A stretch of DNA of 64,000 nt from the NCBI RefSeq assembly GCF_006345805.1, contig NC_043004.1, forward strand, positions 620,001 to 684,000, read 5' to 3'. This stretch comes from Octopus sinensis. Its lineage: Eukaryota. Within the stretch, counting starts at the first letter, position 1, and each line of letters opens with the position of its first letter. The position numbers were made by a program, and so were the translations under genes. Under the pieces are notes generated by a model. The model made no database searches. It was not told the DNA's origin and saw only the letters and a list, made by a program, of their open reading frames with translations. This document shows positions 41,930 through 56,070 of the stretch, in pieces.

Positions 41930-42020
41930 TTTTAGTACAATCGTTTCATACAAGGACAGGCTTTATTAAAAGTTGTAAAAATTACAGCATATAAACGTGC
42001 CCCGTACTCATCAGCTAAAA
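41930..42020 (-). ncRNA. Type I hammerhead ribozyme (left arm)
   Basis: Reverse complement of the motif at 43894-43984. Confidence 0.85.
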
Positions 42021-43893
42021 TACATGTGAGTTCTCTAGACATCCTAGTGGTTGAGGCTATACTCATGAAGTAATGTAGATAATTAAGTAACATAAACAGA
42101 TTTCCAAAGTTCATTAAAGTTCTTTAAAGATGATGTACAGTCTTATCACAGAATTTTAAAAAAGTTCTAATAGCATCACAGAGAAGGTGACCTAATCCAT
42201 AGAGCACATATGAATTTCCAGAGATATGATGAGGGATTACATACTCACAGAAGACAAATTTATCCATTGTTAATCACAACGATGTGGGTCTCAATTCCTG
42301 CTTATTAGCATTACAGAGAGGGTGAATTAATCCTTTGTATAGATGCACAATTTCCAATGGTGTAGATGTAAGTTTCCAGAGAAATGAAGAGGAATTTCAT
42401 ATTCACAGGCGATAAATTTATCAATGGTTGAACACAATGAGGTAGGTATCAATTCTTGTTATATGATTAGGTATTTGCCACATTAATCACATTACTGCTA
42501 TTTACAAGAGGCTGTAGCTATTTAACTTTTAAAGGCTGAAGGGCTTTCTAGAGAGGCCAAGAATAGAAAGGGAAGGGAATAGAAGAAAAGAGAGAAAATA
42601 AAGGAGGAGGGAGCAAAAAAGGGGGGGGGGGAAGGGGACTAAAAGAGAAGAGAAAAGGAAAAAGAGAATAAGAAGAAGAAACAGAAAAAAGAGAAAAGAG
42701 AAAGAAATAGGAAAAGAAGGGAAAAAATAAAAATAAAAAAGAGGGTTCTAGTTATACAGACGAATTAGTAGACGGCAAGTCTGGTTTTAATTTACAGGCA
42801 TCTAGGAACTAGAGGAGAATATTATTCTTTGGCCAGTAAAACAGCTAATTTATTGCTGTTGAAATCAGCTATGAATTTAAAGAGAATCTAAAGAGATAAC
42901 ACAGTCAGGGGTTTAGGGGTCAGATGCTAAAATCAAAAGAAAATACATTAGGAAAATCTAAGTATAATCTTATCAAAAAGTCAATAAAACTTACTTATTT
43001 AATTTATTCATTTTATTGTCTTAAGGAGTTGCCGTTATTATTCATACATTGACGGACTACAGGTCAAATCTTAGAAGATCATTTACAAGGTGTTAGGGGA
43101 TTGTCTATCATAATGAAGACAATCATATTATCACCGAGGGGGTAGCCTTATTTATTTAATTTTGAAATAGAATTATGGGGCTATAGTATCTCATTTTATT
43201 TTATTAGAGTTATGCTACTTAAATTAGATTAAGTTAGGAATTAAAATTAAAAATTACAATTAAGATTTAAAATTAAGAATTTAAAAATTATGAGTTTGAA
43301 ATTAAATAAAGCCTCAATTAAGCAGCGTATAAGTACTATTCATTTCCCTTTTCTTGGCCTCTCTAGAAAGCCCTTCAGCCTTTAAAAGTTAAATAGCTAC
43401 AGCCTCTTGTAAATAGCAGTAATGTGATTAATGTGGCAAATACCTAATCATATAACAAGAATTGATACCTACCTCATTGTGTTCAACCATTGATAAATTT
43501 ATCGCCTGTGAATATGAAATTCCTCTTCATTTCTCTGGAAACTTACATCTACACCATTGGAAATTGTGCATCTATACAAAGGATTAATTCACCCTCTCTG
43601 TAATGCTAATAAGCAGGAATTGAGACCCACCTCGTTGTGATTAACAATGGATAAATTTGTCTTCTGTGAGTATGTAATCCCTCATCATATCTCTGGAAAT
43701 TCATATGTGCTCTATGGATTAGGTCACCTTCTCTGTGATGCTATTAGAACTTTTTTAAAATTCTGTGATAAGACTGTACATCATCTTTAAAGAACTTTAA
43801 TGAACTTTGGAAATCTGTTTATGTTACTTAATTATCTACATTACTTCATGAGTATAGCCTCAACCACTAGGATGTCTAGAGAACTCACATGTA

Positions 43894-43984
43894 TTTTAGC
43901 TGATGAGTACGGGGCACGTTTATATGCTGTAATTTTTACAACTTTTAATAAAGCCTGTCCTTGTATGAAACGATTGTACTAAAA
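43894..43984 (+). ncRNA. Type I hammerhead ribozyme (right arm)
   Basis: ttttag-CTGATGA-gtacggggca...tgtccttgtat-GAAA-C-gatt-G-TA-ctaaaa: perfect 6-bp stem I, intact core, GUA cleavage triplet after 43978. Confidence 0.85.
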
Positions 43985-44015
43985 ACCTATCCATTCTTGT
44001 TGCTTCTTTCTCGCG

Positions 44016-44046
<31 letters not shown>

Positions 44047-44194
44047 GTACACACACACACAGTGTCATCCAACAACATCAGAGATCTTAGAGTAATTGTT
44101 GATAACAATCTAAGCTGGAGTTCCCACGTAAAAAGTAAGGTTGACTTGACCCGCAAGATGTGCTCCTTAGATACTCAGCAGCTTTTGTGGATTG

Positions 44195-45300
44195 GACAAA
44201 AACTGAATTAACAAAGCTAGACAGAAGAATTAGGAAGGAATTCAATATGAATGGAAGACTCCACCCAAGGGTATGAGTAACAAGATTATACCTACCTACA
44301 AAGGAAAGTGGAAGAGGGGTAATATCAGTAGTAGACTGCGTGAAGTTAGCTAGAGTAGATATAGACTCCTATATAGGTAATAGCGGAGAAAGTTTATTAA
44401 AAGCTGCTAGAGTCAAAGCAAGACATAAGGAAACCAAAAACCCAAACGAAGTTAAAAACAGATTAAAGAAAACAGAAGTTATCTGACTAATAGAAGGAGG
44501 TATGGTAAATTCCCAAAGATAATTGCAGAAAATAGTTGTAGTGAGACATGGTTATGAAAGGAAGGCTGAAAAGGGAGACAGAAAGTTTGTTAATAACAGC
44601 ACAAGATCAGGCACTGAGGACTAATTGGATAAAAGCCAAGATAGACAAAAACCAAGTAGATTCCTGATGTAGATTATGAAAATCAAAAGGAGAAAGCGTT
44701 ACTCGTATAGTAAGTGAATGTGACATGCTGGCACAGAAAGAATACAAGAAAAGACATGAAAATCTAGAGAGTAATCCACCAGGAGTGATGTAGAAAGCTA
44801 GGATTTGAACATACTGATAAATGGTATGAACATGAACTTTGTAAAGTACTAGAAAGTAAGAAATATAAGATGTTGTGAGACTTAAACATGCATACTGACA
44901 GAGTAAAAGAAGCCAGAATGCCTGATTTAGTAGTGGTAGTTAAAGAGATTAGAAAGTGTTAGATAATTGACTTTACAGTCCCAAATGATGAAAAGATCAA
45001 TATGAAGGGTATAGAAAAAATAGCAAAGTACCAGGACCTAACCATTGAATTACAGAGACTATGGAAATTGCGTGTATAATGTATCCCAGTAGTTATAACT
45101 GGATTGGGATCTATCCCTAAAGATTTGAACAGATGAATAGAGGAAATAAGCATAAAAAGTATTTAGTACAGGTGCAGAAAACAGTATTATTAGGGGCAAC
45201 AGGGTTATTTAGGAGGGTTCTTGGCACCTAAGGTTACTTGTAGCATGATGCCAGGATTTTTTTCTTTTCCGACAGTCTAATCTTTTGTGTATTCATGAGA
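44195..45300 (+). mobile_element. R4/Dong-type LINE pseudogene (post-RT region, CCHC knuckle, RLE)
   Basis: RLYLPTKESGRG, ETESLLITAQDQALRTNWIKAKIDK, ESVTRIVSECDMLAQKEYKKRH, PDLVVV..IIDFTVP...EKIAKYQDLTIELQRLW; many stops. Confidence 0.88.
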
Positions 45301-45868
45301 ATAATACGAGCACTCAGAGAGCGCAAGCCTCCGCAAAGGCAACACCAACGTCCTCTCAACGATTATCTACAGCTGATTTTTAAAATGAGAATATCTGAAA
45401 TAAACTCGACTGCTCTCACAAATGAGAATACAAAAATGAACCCGACAGCTCTCATAATTAAGTAAAAAAAACCCCAGAAAAATAATCCAGAATCCTTGTC
45501 CGGTACTGGATTGATCCCAAAATCTAATCAGTTTGTGCCAGTCACGAGGCCAAACATCCCTGAAAGTTTCAATCCGAATCCATCCAGCGGTGTTTGAGAT
45601 ATCTCGTCCAAGGACAGACAAGCAAACACGACTGGAAAAAATAAACCTTTCTACTATAGGCACAAGGCCTGAAATTTGGTGGGAGGAGACTAGTCGATTA
45701 CATCGATCCTAGTGGTTCCCTGGTACTTAATTTATCGACCCGAAAGGATGAAAGGCAAAGTCGATCTTGGCGAAATTTTAACTCAGAACGTAGCAAGGGG
45801 CGAAACACCGCTGAGCATTTCGTCCAGCGTGTTAACGGTTCTGTCAGTGCGCCGCCTTAATAATAATG

Positions 45869-45907
<39 letters not shown>

Positions 45908-45931
45908 TTAATAATAATGATAATAATGATG

Positions 45932-45975
<44 letters not shown>

Positions 45976-46037
45976 TTCTTTTATTGTTATTTTTGCCACA
46001 AGGACCCAAACATGGAGGAAAATATCTAAGGATGATA

Positions 46038-46253
46038 CAGTTCTATATTTAAGAGATGAGGAATTGTGTACGTTATTTTCATTATTTACATTTGACGGAT
46101 ATTTGTCCTCATCTTGTTTGTTGTTAACACAAAATTTCGGCTGATATACCCTCCAGCCTTCATCAGATGTCATGAGGAAATTTCGAACCTGGGTTCTCAT
46201 TTCTAAGGTATATTTCGATGTTGTTGTTGCTGCTGCTGTTATTGTTGTTGTTT

Positions 46254-46292
<39 letters not shown>

Positions 46293-46373
46293 GTTGTTCT
46301 TCTTCTTCTTCTTCTTCTTCTTCTTCTTCTTCTTCTTCTTCTTCTTCTTCTTCTTCTTCTTCTTCTTCTTCTT

Positions 46374-46404
<31 letters not shown>

Positions 46405-46445
46405 TTATTATTATTATTATTATTCAGGTCACTGCCCGGAATCGA
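46038..46445 (-). mobile_element. Truncated copy of the tRNA-head/hammerhead element
   Basis: Minus strand: tcgattccgggcagtgacctgaataat, microsatellite, then gacat-ctgatga-a-ggctg..cagcc-gaaa at 46126-46171. Confidence 0.7.
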
Positions 46446-46931
46446 CTGGCTTCTTTCAGTTTTCGTCTACCAAATCCACTCACAAGGCTTCGGTCGGCCC
46501 GATGCTATAGTAGAAGACACTTGCCCAAGGTGCCACGCAGTGGGCCTAACCCATAACAATGTGGTTGGCAAGCAAGCTACTTACCATATATACATACCAC
46601 GGGTTTCTTTCGGTTTCCGTTAACCAAATCCACTCAAAGCTCGACACTTAGTAGGAGAAACTTGCTTAAGGTGTCACTCAGTGGGACCGAACTCTGAACA
46701 TGGATATATAATTTTTTAATTTTTAATGTAAATCAATGTTTGAAACATTGATTTGTATTTTTTAACATTTTTTTTACTTTTTCTTTTTTTCTGCTTTTTT
46801 TTTGTTAATAGAACCACATAACCACATTTTCTCATTGTACGACGCACTTTGAAATGTTCTAATTATTTACATACTTTCACTCTTGGGCAGCTGTTTCTTT
46901 TCAGGAGCTGGTCTGCCTTTTTTTAGTGTAC

Positions 46932-46981
<50 letters not shown>

Positions 46982-47535
46982 GAGTGAGAGAGCAGTGCAT
47001 GCCATCAAAGTGACACTGGGGTAAAATATATGAAGCCCAATATACCCATCATGACTACCCGTATGATAAAGGTACACCAGGCACATGCATCACAACCATA
47101 TGTGCGCGACATGGTGATCTCATATCAAGATAAACAGCACATGACCTTGCAGGTGGGGCCCAGTTAGAATTTTCTTCAGGTTGAGTAGCCCATCCCGCTC
47201 AAACGGTCCCTGAATAAGGATTGTTTAAGGATGTTGAAAGAACCACCCATGTTTCCAGAGGTGAATTATTCAAGCCCCAAAGAATCCCTCTCAACACATG
47301 GCTATGATGCTCCCCCACTACTTCTGCTCATGATCAGAGATGCACATATCGTCAGCCACTAAGGGACATGCTCAACTGGTTAAGGTCAAACAACTGACAA
47401 GCAAATCTGTGGTATTGAGCAGAATATTTGCTGTAGCCCATCTTTTATACCAAGACAAAGCAATTTACATGATAACACTTCCAATCAGTTAAGATCAGAA
47501 GCCATGAGAGCCACTGCCTGGTACTGCATCAGGGC
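46982..47535. mobile_element. ~540-bp interspersed repeat, copy 3, inside (TTA)n
   Basis: Near-identical to 18368-18910; (TTA)n on both sides. Confidence 0.85.
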
Positions 47536-47598
<63 letters not shown>

Positions 47599-47962
47599 TT
47601 GAATGTATATATTGTACCAAAGACAGCTAAGAAAAAAATTCTTAAGTGACTCGCTTTTACTATTTGAACTCTGTTACATTTTGAAATGAAATATGTCTCT
47701 AAAATTTTTACCTCACTCACCAGAGGAAAACCATGTAAGTGATAGACGTAAATAATCGATATGTCTGAAGTATTGGCGAACGAAAGTATCCAATACTAAG
47801 AGTATTGAAGGACAAAGGTGTTTAACAGCGAAAGTATTTTCCAGGCTATCGATTGCTTATGTCCACCTTCCCACACTCTCACTTTTCACTTTATAGCGAA
47901 AGGCAGCAGTTATTCTGTTTTTATGTCACCGTATTTCATGCACACATACACATACACACACA

Positions 47963-48049
<87 letters not shown>

Positions 48050-48427
48050 TGTCAATATCGTAGGTCTTAATATATTTTTCATTGTCGAATTTTTATATAA
48101 TTTTATTTTACGAGCCACTTTTACAATGTCGTTGAATAAAACTGGGATATTATAGATCTTTCTAGCAATATCTCTCCATAATATCCGACCAACGAATAAT
48201 ATCTCTGTCTTACAATTGTATCAATCGGCTAGTGACCGCCATATTGTTCAAAATCTTCTTCAAACATTCAAAATGGTAGGTTAATGTGCAACTTTTCACG
48301 TCAGCAAATCAACTCAACCACTAACAAACTCAAGAGTAGCGACTCGTACCGAGTCAGGTATTCACATACATACATACATACATACATACATACATACATA
48401 CATACATACATACATACATACATACAT

Positions 48428-48480
<53 letters not shown>

Positions 48481-48739
48481 ATATAAATAATATATAAATA
48501 TATGCATATATACTTACATATATGTACATACCTACATATATATGTTTATAAACATGCATATATGGGTACAGGACATCAAAAAGACGTAGACAAAATGAGA
48601 AACGATAGCATAAAAAACAAAAACATAGCAAACGAACTTTTTCTGAACAACACACACAGATATATAAGGAAAAGAAAACACAATAATAGTATTCTTTAAA
48701 AATCAGAAAATATCAACTAGATTATGGCTGGGAAATGAC

Positions 48740-49135
48740 AATTTACTCAAATTTGACCACCCTTAGCTTTCAATACGGCTTCAACTTCCCTATGACTCGG
48801 AAACTTGGCACATGCGTTCCCTCCCTGGGAAAATCGTCGAAGAACTCGTGATCTTGACTACCATCTCTGCTTTGGTGTTGCAGTCAGAATGGTCGGTACC
48901 TTTCCAAACCGCGTCCATGGGATTGCAATCGAAGATATGAGGAAGCAAGAGAACGGAACTGGTGAAGTTGTAGAAATTCTCCGACAACCACTTCTGACTC
49001 TTTCTGGAGGAATGGTAAGGAGCTGAATTCTGTTGCCGCTCATATGACCTTCCAGCAGCAACTCTCACCTGCCAGGGTTCGATTTCAGTCTCAAGCAGCT
49101 TCAAAAAGCCGTCTGAATTGAGCCTAAGGTTCTTT
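48740..49135 (-). mobile_element. Tc1/mariner-superfamily (maT-like) transposase C-terminal relic
   Basis: QQNSAPYHSSRKSQKWLSENFYNFT......DCNPMD.VW corresponds to QQDxAPxH...SPDxNPxD. Confidence 0.75.
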
Positions 49136-49249
49136 TAAAAGATTTGGAGCGGTGTGACGTCACCCAAACTTGAGACACACTCAAAGACATTCACTGTTTT
49201 GAGGAACTTTGTTCTCGTGATACGTGGGACATCGCACAGAACCCCAGTG

Positions 49250-49500
49250 AGACGCAACGTTACATCTTTGGCCAACTACATATGGCGTTTAAAAGAAAAG
49301 GGAGCACCATACAGAATTAAATGGAAGCTCCTAGACCAGCTTAGACCTTTACTCAACGGGAGTAGACGATGAAAACTTTGTTTGACCAAGATGGTAAGGA
49401 TCCTTAAATATTCACTTGATCCGGGGGCTTTTTTTAAATTTCAAAAGTGAAATGTTCAGTTGGTGTCCACATGAGAGAAAATTCGTGCTGAAGACACAGG
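49250..49500 (+). mobile_element. Neptune-type Penelope-like GIY-YIG C-terminal relic
   Basis: TSLANYIWRLKEKGAPYRIKWKLL......GSRR*KLCLTK ... KSEMFSWCPHERKF matches the Neptune EN pattern. Confidence 0.8.
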
Positions 49501-50018
49501 CCTCCCTGCTTGATGACGAGTGAACGGTAATTGTACATAAACTGCCCCTTTTCGGGCGTAACTGGAATAGTTCGAGGGGAGATAACTCCATCTCTCCCAG
49601 AAGGGGGTTTTCGCTACAAAGAATTTCGTTTCAGGGTTTTTTTTGTCTCTACCTTGCTGACCGAGACTGAATTCTTCGCTCCATTAATAAAGAAGTTATG
49701 TGCCTGCAACAAGTGAGTCTCATGAGTCGGCTTCCGCCGAGGTCGGCTTTGCCTTTCATCCTCTCGGGGTCGATAAATAAAGTACCAGTTTTGCACTGGG
49801 TCGATGTAATCGACTTAATCCATTTGTCTTTCCTTGTTTGTCCCCTCTATGTTTAGCCCCTTGTGGGTAGTAAAGAAATATATATTGCTGAGAGCAATAA
49901 TACACGCGAAAGCAATGGTATTTTCCTGATCGGCAGTAATCAATGACTATATTAAATATTACTACTCAAAAAACATTTTAAAGTGTACTTTTTATCGGAC
50001 TTATGAACAACTGACCGA

Positions 50019-50049
<31 letters not shown>

Positions 50050-50768
50050 CATACATACATACATACATACACACTTACATATGTAGAAGCTCGCTTAGCC
50101 ATGCCTAACTGCCATTCGAAACCGAATCCACACACTTGATGCTTATCAGACAACTGTCTGATTCCTTTGTGTTTTATCTCCATGCTGAGAGATAAATGAG
50201 AAACATCTGACCTCCTTGGACCTTTGTTGTTCACTGAAGGGATCAGTCCATTGTTTTTTAGTTTGACCTACTTCCTGGCCATACCCTATAAAACTGAGAT
50301 CATCTCTCTCTTGCCCTTTTCGGTTGGCAGACTTGCAACCGGTAGCAATTGGCTTCCCGGTTAACAGCATCGGCCGAATCGGACGGGGACAATGCAATCC
50401 TTAGCCTTTCTTCACCTCTGTCAGCAGAACGCATAAGTCACACGCTACCAATTACCAGCAAGCGACCGACATGCCAATTACTACTATGTATATTTTACTA
50501 ACCACTGCCGGCAAATAAATTGATGAATATTATTCTTTTCTCTTCGATATTGCTTTTGCGCTGTTTCGTGCTGCTTTCAACTATTTACATAGAACGGAGC
50601 AAGAAGCGCGATTTCTACACCAAATAACTTTACAGTTGTACGGTACGATTGGTACCTTCGACGTGAGAACCTTGTATTCGCATGCAACATACGGTGATCC
50701 TTTATATCTTGCCCTACACTTGGTAGCTCCGATGTACACTCACATCTGTCAGTTACACACTCGCACAC

Positions 50769-50826
<58 letters not shown>

Positions 50827-51142
50827 ACACACACACACACGTACACACGAAACAGCTTTATGGGTGGTTACACCAACAAACTCGGGGAACACAATGCATA
50901 CAGTTAATGAAATACGTCTAATGATGTAGACTGTTGTTAAGAATGCATGTGTGTGTGTGTCGGTGTGTGTGTGTGTGTATGTATGTGCGTGTGCGCATGT
51001 ATATATATATATATATATATACACACAAGTATGCATATATGTATGTAAATGTGTATGTGCGTATGTATGGGTGCCTGTTTGTGTGGTGTGTGTGTATATA
51101 TGTATAGATATATATATACATATACACAAGTATGTGTGAGTG

Positions 51143-51189
<47 letters not shown>

Positions 51190-52107
51190 GGTAGCATGTA
51201 CCACGTTTTCACAAATTGTTTTAGGGGCTTATATATTCACGAGCAGATGTCAGTTTTCCAGATGTCACTAAATTTATATCGAAACATTGTGTAGATCTGG
51301 AAAACAAACTATTTTGTAAGTAAATTGATTAAATGATGGTCACGAAACCGATGTATTTTATGGAAAATAGTAATACGTTCAGGTGGAAAGTCAAAAAGCA
51401 ATATCTTGACTTAATACAAAAATAGAATTAAAAACCACAATAAGTTGATCTAAAAAAGAAATAATTGTAAAACCGCCAAAGATTGTTGAATAACTTATTT
51501 TTGAACAATTTTCAATTTACAAGAAGATGAACGGCAGATATTTAACGAACAATAGGAACAACGACAATCGAGAGAGAAGCATTTTAGTGAGAATGTGAAA
51601 ATCTTCTCAGCTATTGTTTCCCCGAATAGCAAATAGTTCACACAGGCGCGTCATTAATATGCGGGTGTATGTCTTACGTCATCAGACTCAGTTAATGGAT
51701 CACGTAGTCATGTTGATGTATTGTCAACACGACTTCCAGGTTTACTGCATGACAAACACAGGTAAATTATTGTCTTCATTTTCAGCTGACATAATTTTAC
51801 TTCTCTTGTGCTTATATATATATATAATAAAATAGGGTAATAATAAATTATTATTACCAGTGGCCTAGCACAAAAAACGAATTAGTCATTAGACTATATA
51901 TTATTCATATAGAAATACAATAAAGGGCTTCCAAATAGGAAAGCGTTGTGCTAGAACACAAAAAAGGATAAATTTACGAAAGGAATGAAAATTAAAACAT
52001 TTACCATCTCAACTATGGTAAATGCTTTTAATTTACATTCCTTTCGTGAATTTATCCTTTTTTTTGTGTTCTAGCACAACGCTTTCCTATTTGGAAGCCT
52101 GTTATTG

Positions 52108-52241
<134 letters not shown>

Positions 52242-53631
52242 TATATATATATATGTTGCGCCTTTCTCCTTATATTCAAGTTTATTGTGTAGTCTGCTTC
52301 TCTCTGTCGTTTTGTAAGCTTCTCCATGTCACTCTGGCTCTTAACCCAATAATTTTCATTTTCCCATGCTGCTTTGTTTATTACTGTTCGTTTGACCTAA
52401 GTTTTATTGATCTTTTTTCATTGAAAGAATTTTAAAAAAGTTTCTCTAAACTTTGTAAAGAGGAATTCATAAAACATTTCGATGCCGAATCGTCAGAGCG
52501 TCTGACTAAATTCCTTTGATATTCAGTTACAGTCCTTTAGTTCAAAATTCTGTCGTGAGTGATGGAGAGGGAGGCGGTAGAGAAAGAGTGAAAAAGAGGA
52601 GAGAGGGAAAGATAGACAGATAGATAGAGAGAGAGAGAGTGAGAGAGAGAGAGCTGTGTGGTGAAGAAGCTCGCTTTTGTCCATGTGTTTAGTCTCAGTG
52701 CGCGGCATCTTAGGCAAGTGTCTTCTGCTATATCTCCGGACCAGCCAATGCCTTGTGAGTAAATTTGGCAGATGGAAATTGTGTGGAAGCCCGTTGGTTT
52801 GTTTATGACACCGCAGCTTAGCTCTTCGGCATAAAAAGAGACCGATTGAGTATGTTTTAGTCTTAAAATATAAGTATTAGGGGGTGATTTGTTCGACTAA
52901 ACTCTTCAAGATGGCCGCAGTCAAATGACTGAAAATAATATATATATATATATATATTTCGGAGTCGACGAAACTCTTGGCACCTCGCTGGTTGCATTGC
53001 GTTCCCATTCAATGGGTTCGATTCTTCCATTTGGATCCAAATTGTTTGGCTGCGTTGTCTTTCGTTGTCTGGGAGATTGTTAAATTGGTCATTCTACTTT
53101 CATGGATAATTAGGTAAAAGGCTGCATTCCCGAAAAAGAATGACCACGCAATAAATGCTATGTGCTTCCAGACATTTATTATTTTAACCAGTTTATATAT
53201 ATATAATTTTTTTTATGCTCCCTTTTCAAGCCTAGCCAGGCTCATGGGTCCGGTTTTCCTGTTTCTGTGGCGTATGTGTTCCCCCCAGCTGGACAGGACA
53301 CCAGTCCATCGCAGCGTTACTCAAGAAACAGGAAGAAAGAGTGAAAGAGAGTTGGGGCGAAAGTGTACAACAGGGGTCACCACCACCTCCTGCTGGAGCC
53401 TCGTGGAGCTTAGGTATTTTCGGTCAATAAACACACACAACACCCGGTCTGGGAATCGAAACCGCGATCCTCCGACCGCGAGTCCGCTGTCCTAACCACT
53501 GGGCCATTGCGCTTCCACAGTTTAAATATTACATGCATACAAATAAATTCATATATTACATTGGTTTCAAATGTTGGCACAAGGTCAACAAATTCGTGAA
53601 CAGGTTAAGTCGATTACATCGATTACATTGA

Positions 53632-54020
53632 TACAGTAGAACTTCGCATTACGTGTACCCCATTGAACGAGTAATTTGCTATACGAGCCGACACTCGTGC
53701 GAATATTTGTATTGAAATACGAACGGAAATCCGCAGTACGAGCACACAAATCGTCCCATCTTTAAGGTAATTCACTTAATAAAACCAGTTTGCATACTTC
53801 TTTTGCATTCTCTTTTTTATAATTATCATTTTACTTGTAACTACACCTTCTCTGTTTTGAAACCCATAAACAATTACTTTTTAGGGGTTTTGGGGCGCCA
53901 GAACGAATTAATTACATTTTAGTTAATTTCAATGGGGAAAATTGATTTGTAAAATGAATAAATCGTAAGATGATCTCGATCATGGAAGGTACTAAACTCG
54001 CACTGCAAGGTATCATTGTA
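53632..54020. mobile_element. Tigger/pogo-like MITE
   Basis: ta-cagtagaacttcgc ... gcaaggtatcattg-ta imperfect TIRs; splits a SINE. Confidence 0.55.
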
Positions 54021-55974
54021 CTTATTTTATCGACTCTGAAAGGATGAAAGAAAAATCGACCCCAGTGGCATTTGAACTCGGAACATAAAGATGAAAGACA
54101 TGCAGCCGAGTATTTTGCCAGGTGCGTTAACGATTCCGCCAGCTCACCACCTTTCTGAGAGAGAGTGACTTGATCCTTGATCCCGGTTATCTTTGATGAG
54201 AATTAATCTGAAGTCTGGGGTTCAAAAGTGCAGCAAATATCCCGTAACTGTGTCCAGCAATCCACATAAATTCACACATTTTATTGAAAAGCATTTTTGC
54301 TAGAATGTATGATAGTTAAAACTTTACAATATGAGATATAAAGAGAAAGCTGTTGGGAAATCTGTTATGTTATGTGTCTGTTATTAAGAAGATAATTGAG
54401 ACTAAAGTGGGTAATTATAGAGAATGATGTCTGCATGTATATATTTAGGTTTTTCGACATTACAACACACGGATAATTATCTTCATCGAACAATGTACAA
54501 TGTATGTTATGCAAGGACAAGTAGAAGAAAACGCAAGTACGTCTCGTGGAAAGTACATTCTCTGTGTAGAATCTAAGTTGGCTCTGCTCGAGGGTTCGAA
54601 TCTCTAACTTTCTAAAACTCCGAGCAAAATTTCCAGAACATTCGAAAATGCAATTTGGTGGAAATTTTACATATTCCCGCCAAACTTTTCTTTTGATGTC
54701 TGTCACCGTTAATTGTTACATCTCCACCGATGCTGATTGATCAGAAAACATTTACCTTGAAGTCCCTTTCTCTCGGGGCTGTTAATACCTTTTATACTGA
54801 TATAATTCGGCAGTGATTCTAAGCTGAAAATTGGATTAAGGTGATTCTAATCTAGCCAAAGTCTCGCTACAAGGTTTAACCATCTGCGTTTTTTCATATA
54901 AGTCAGAATGGATGTGAAATATAGGAAGTGGTTACATTCAGCAATCACATTGTTTTCAGTTCTATCTATATATAATAATGTCGGAAGTGTAAGCCCAAGC
55001 GGAGAACTGAAAATTACTCCATCTACTTTTGGTAAATTGCATTAAATGGATGCTGACAATCTTCAGTTGGTCTTGGTTCTCAGTTGTGGCATCCAAGTAA
55101 TTCAAAAGACAGTTCAAGATGTATTTCCTAAAAATGCAAAGAACAGAGAACTTGAAATCAAATTTTACTCTTACATTTTTAACATTATTTTTTGATCTAA
55201 TTGAATTTAATTGGATTAAAAAACAACTCTTCTAATTTATACTTAGATATTTAGTTAGTTTCCAGCCAGAATTGGCCAAGGTTTTGACCTACAAGCATCA
55301 CCTGAAGAAAACATGCAATCAGCAATGTTTTCTATTATCTGTAGCAGAACTTGGGTGGGATATATTAGTCTCTATTTTCTGTTTCACACTAAAAATAAAG
55401 AAGAAAAAACGAGCGCATTTCAGAAAATGTTTCATAACCTTTGAGCTCCTCTGTGAAAAATCGTTCTCCGATGCAAAATATTCGCTACTTAAGTGTAAAA
55501 CTGTAGCCAACTACTTGGAACGCGTAAACATAATTTACTTGTTGGAACCACGGTTCACTCAATGCACAGGAGTCTTGATTAGCAGCAAAAGAAATGTTGC
55601 GATACACAAGATTGCATACGATAGATATCATATAAAACATCATATAACTTGGCTGTTATAGTCATAAATTTAATAATAGGAAATTCAGCCAAGTAAATAA
55701 GAATGTCAACAAGCCTTGTGGTAAAATGAGTCACATAAATAATCATACAATTACAATAAGAGGAATGGTTATAGTAACTTTCATAACGGTAACATAATGT
55801 TAACAACAATAATAATGTTGGTAATAATAACGATGGAGATAAGAACAATTGTAATAACAATAACACTGATAATAATAATAATAATCATAAAAATAATGAT
55901 AGCAACAAAAATGATAATTGTATACTAATAATGGAGATGGTAGTAACATGAGTAACGCAAATATTGACCAATTT

Positions 55975-56070
55975 CATAATAATAAGAAATGCAATTGTAA
56001 AGATAAAGCTGGATGTCCTCAAGGGAGTGAATGTCTCCAAAAAAGAAAAAATAAACAACATCGTATACAT
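55975..56070 (+). mobile_element. Neptune-type PLE zinc-finger linker relic
   Basis: KKCNCKDKAGCPQGSECLQK then frameshifted NIVY, matching CNCRxxxxCPxxGxCxxxxxVY upstream of the GIY-YIG domain. Confidence 0.65.

Larger units (their letters stand above)
41901..44014. mobile_element. Young Penelope-like inverted pseudo-LTR element
   Basis: Inverted arms 41901-42563 and 43351-44014 (about 663 bp, almost identical) around a ~790-bp spacer; each arm has an intact hammerhead. Confidence 0.8.

Noticed and set aside
43800-43982. Identical 60-aa ORF at 41932-42114 (-) and 43800-43982 (+)
   Set aside because: Simply a result of the inverted repeat; it overlaps the hammerhead and has no recognisable protein motif.
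44060-44190. CR1/L2-like RT snippet (VIVDNNLSWSSHV)
   Set aside because: Too short to call with confidence.
54720-54755. Possible further hammerhead (ccgatgc-tgattgatca-gaaaac)
   Set aside because: Core and stems I/III are too degenerate to support.
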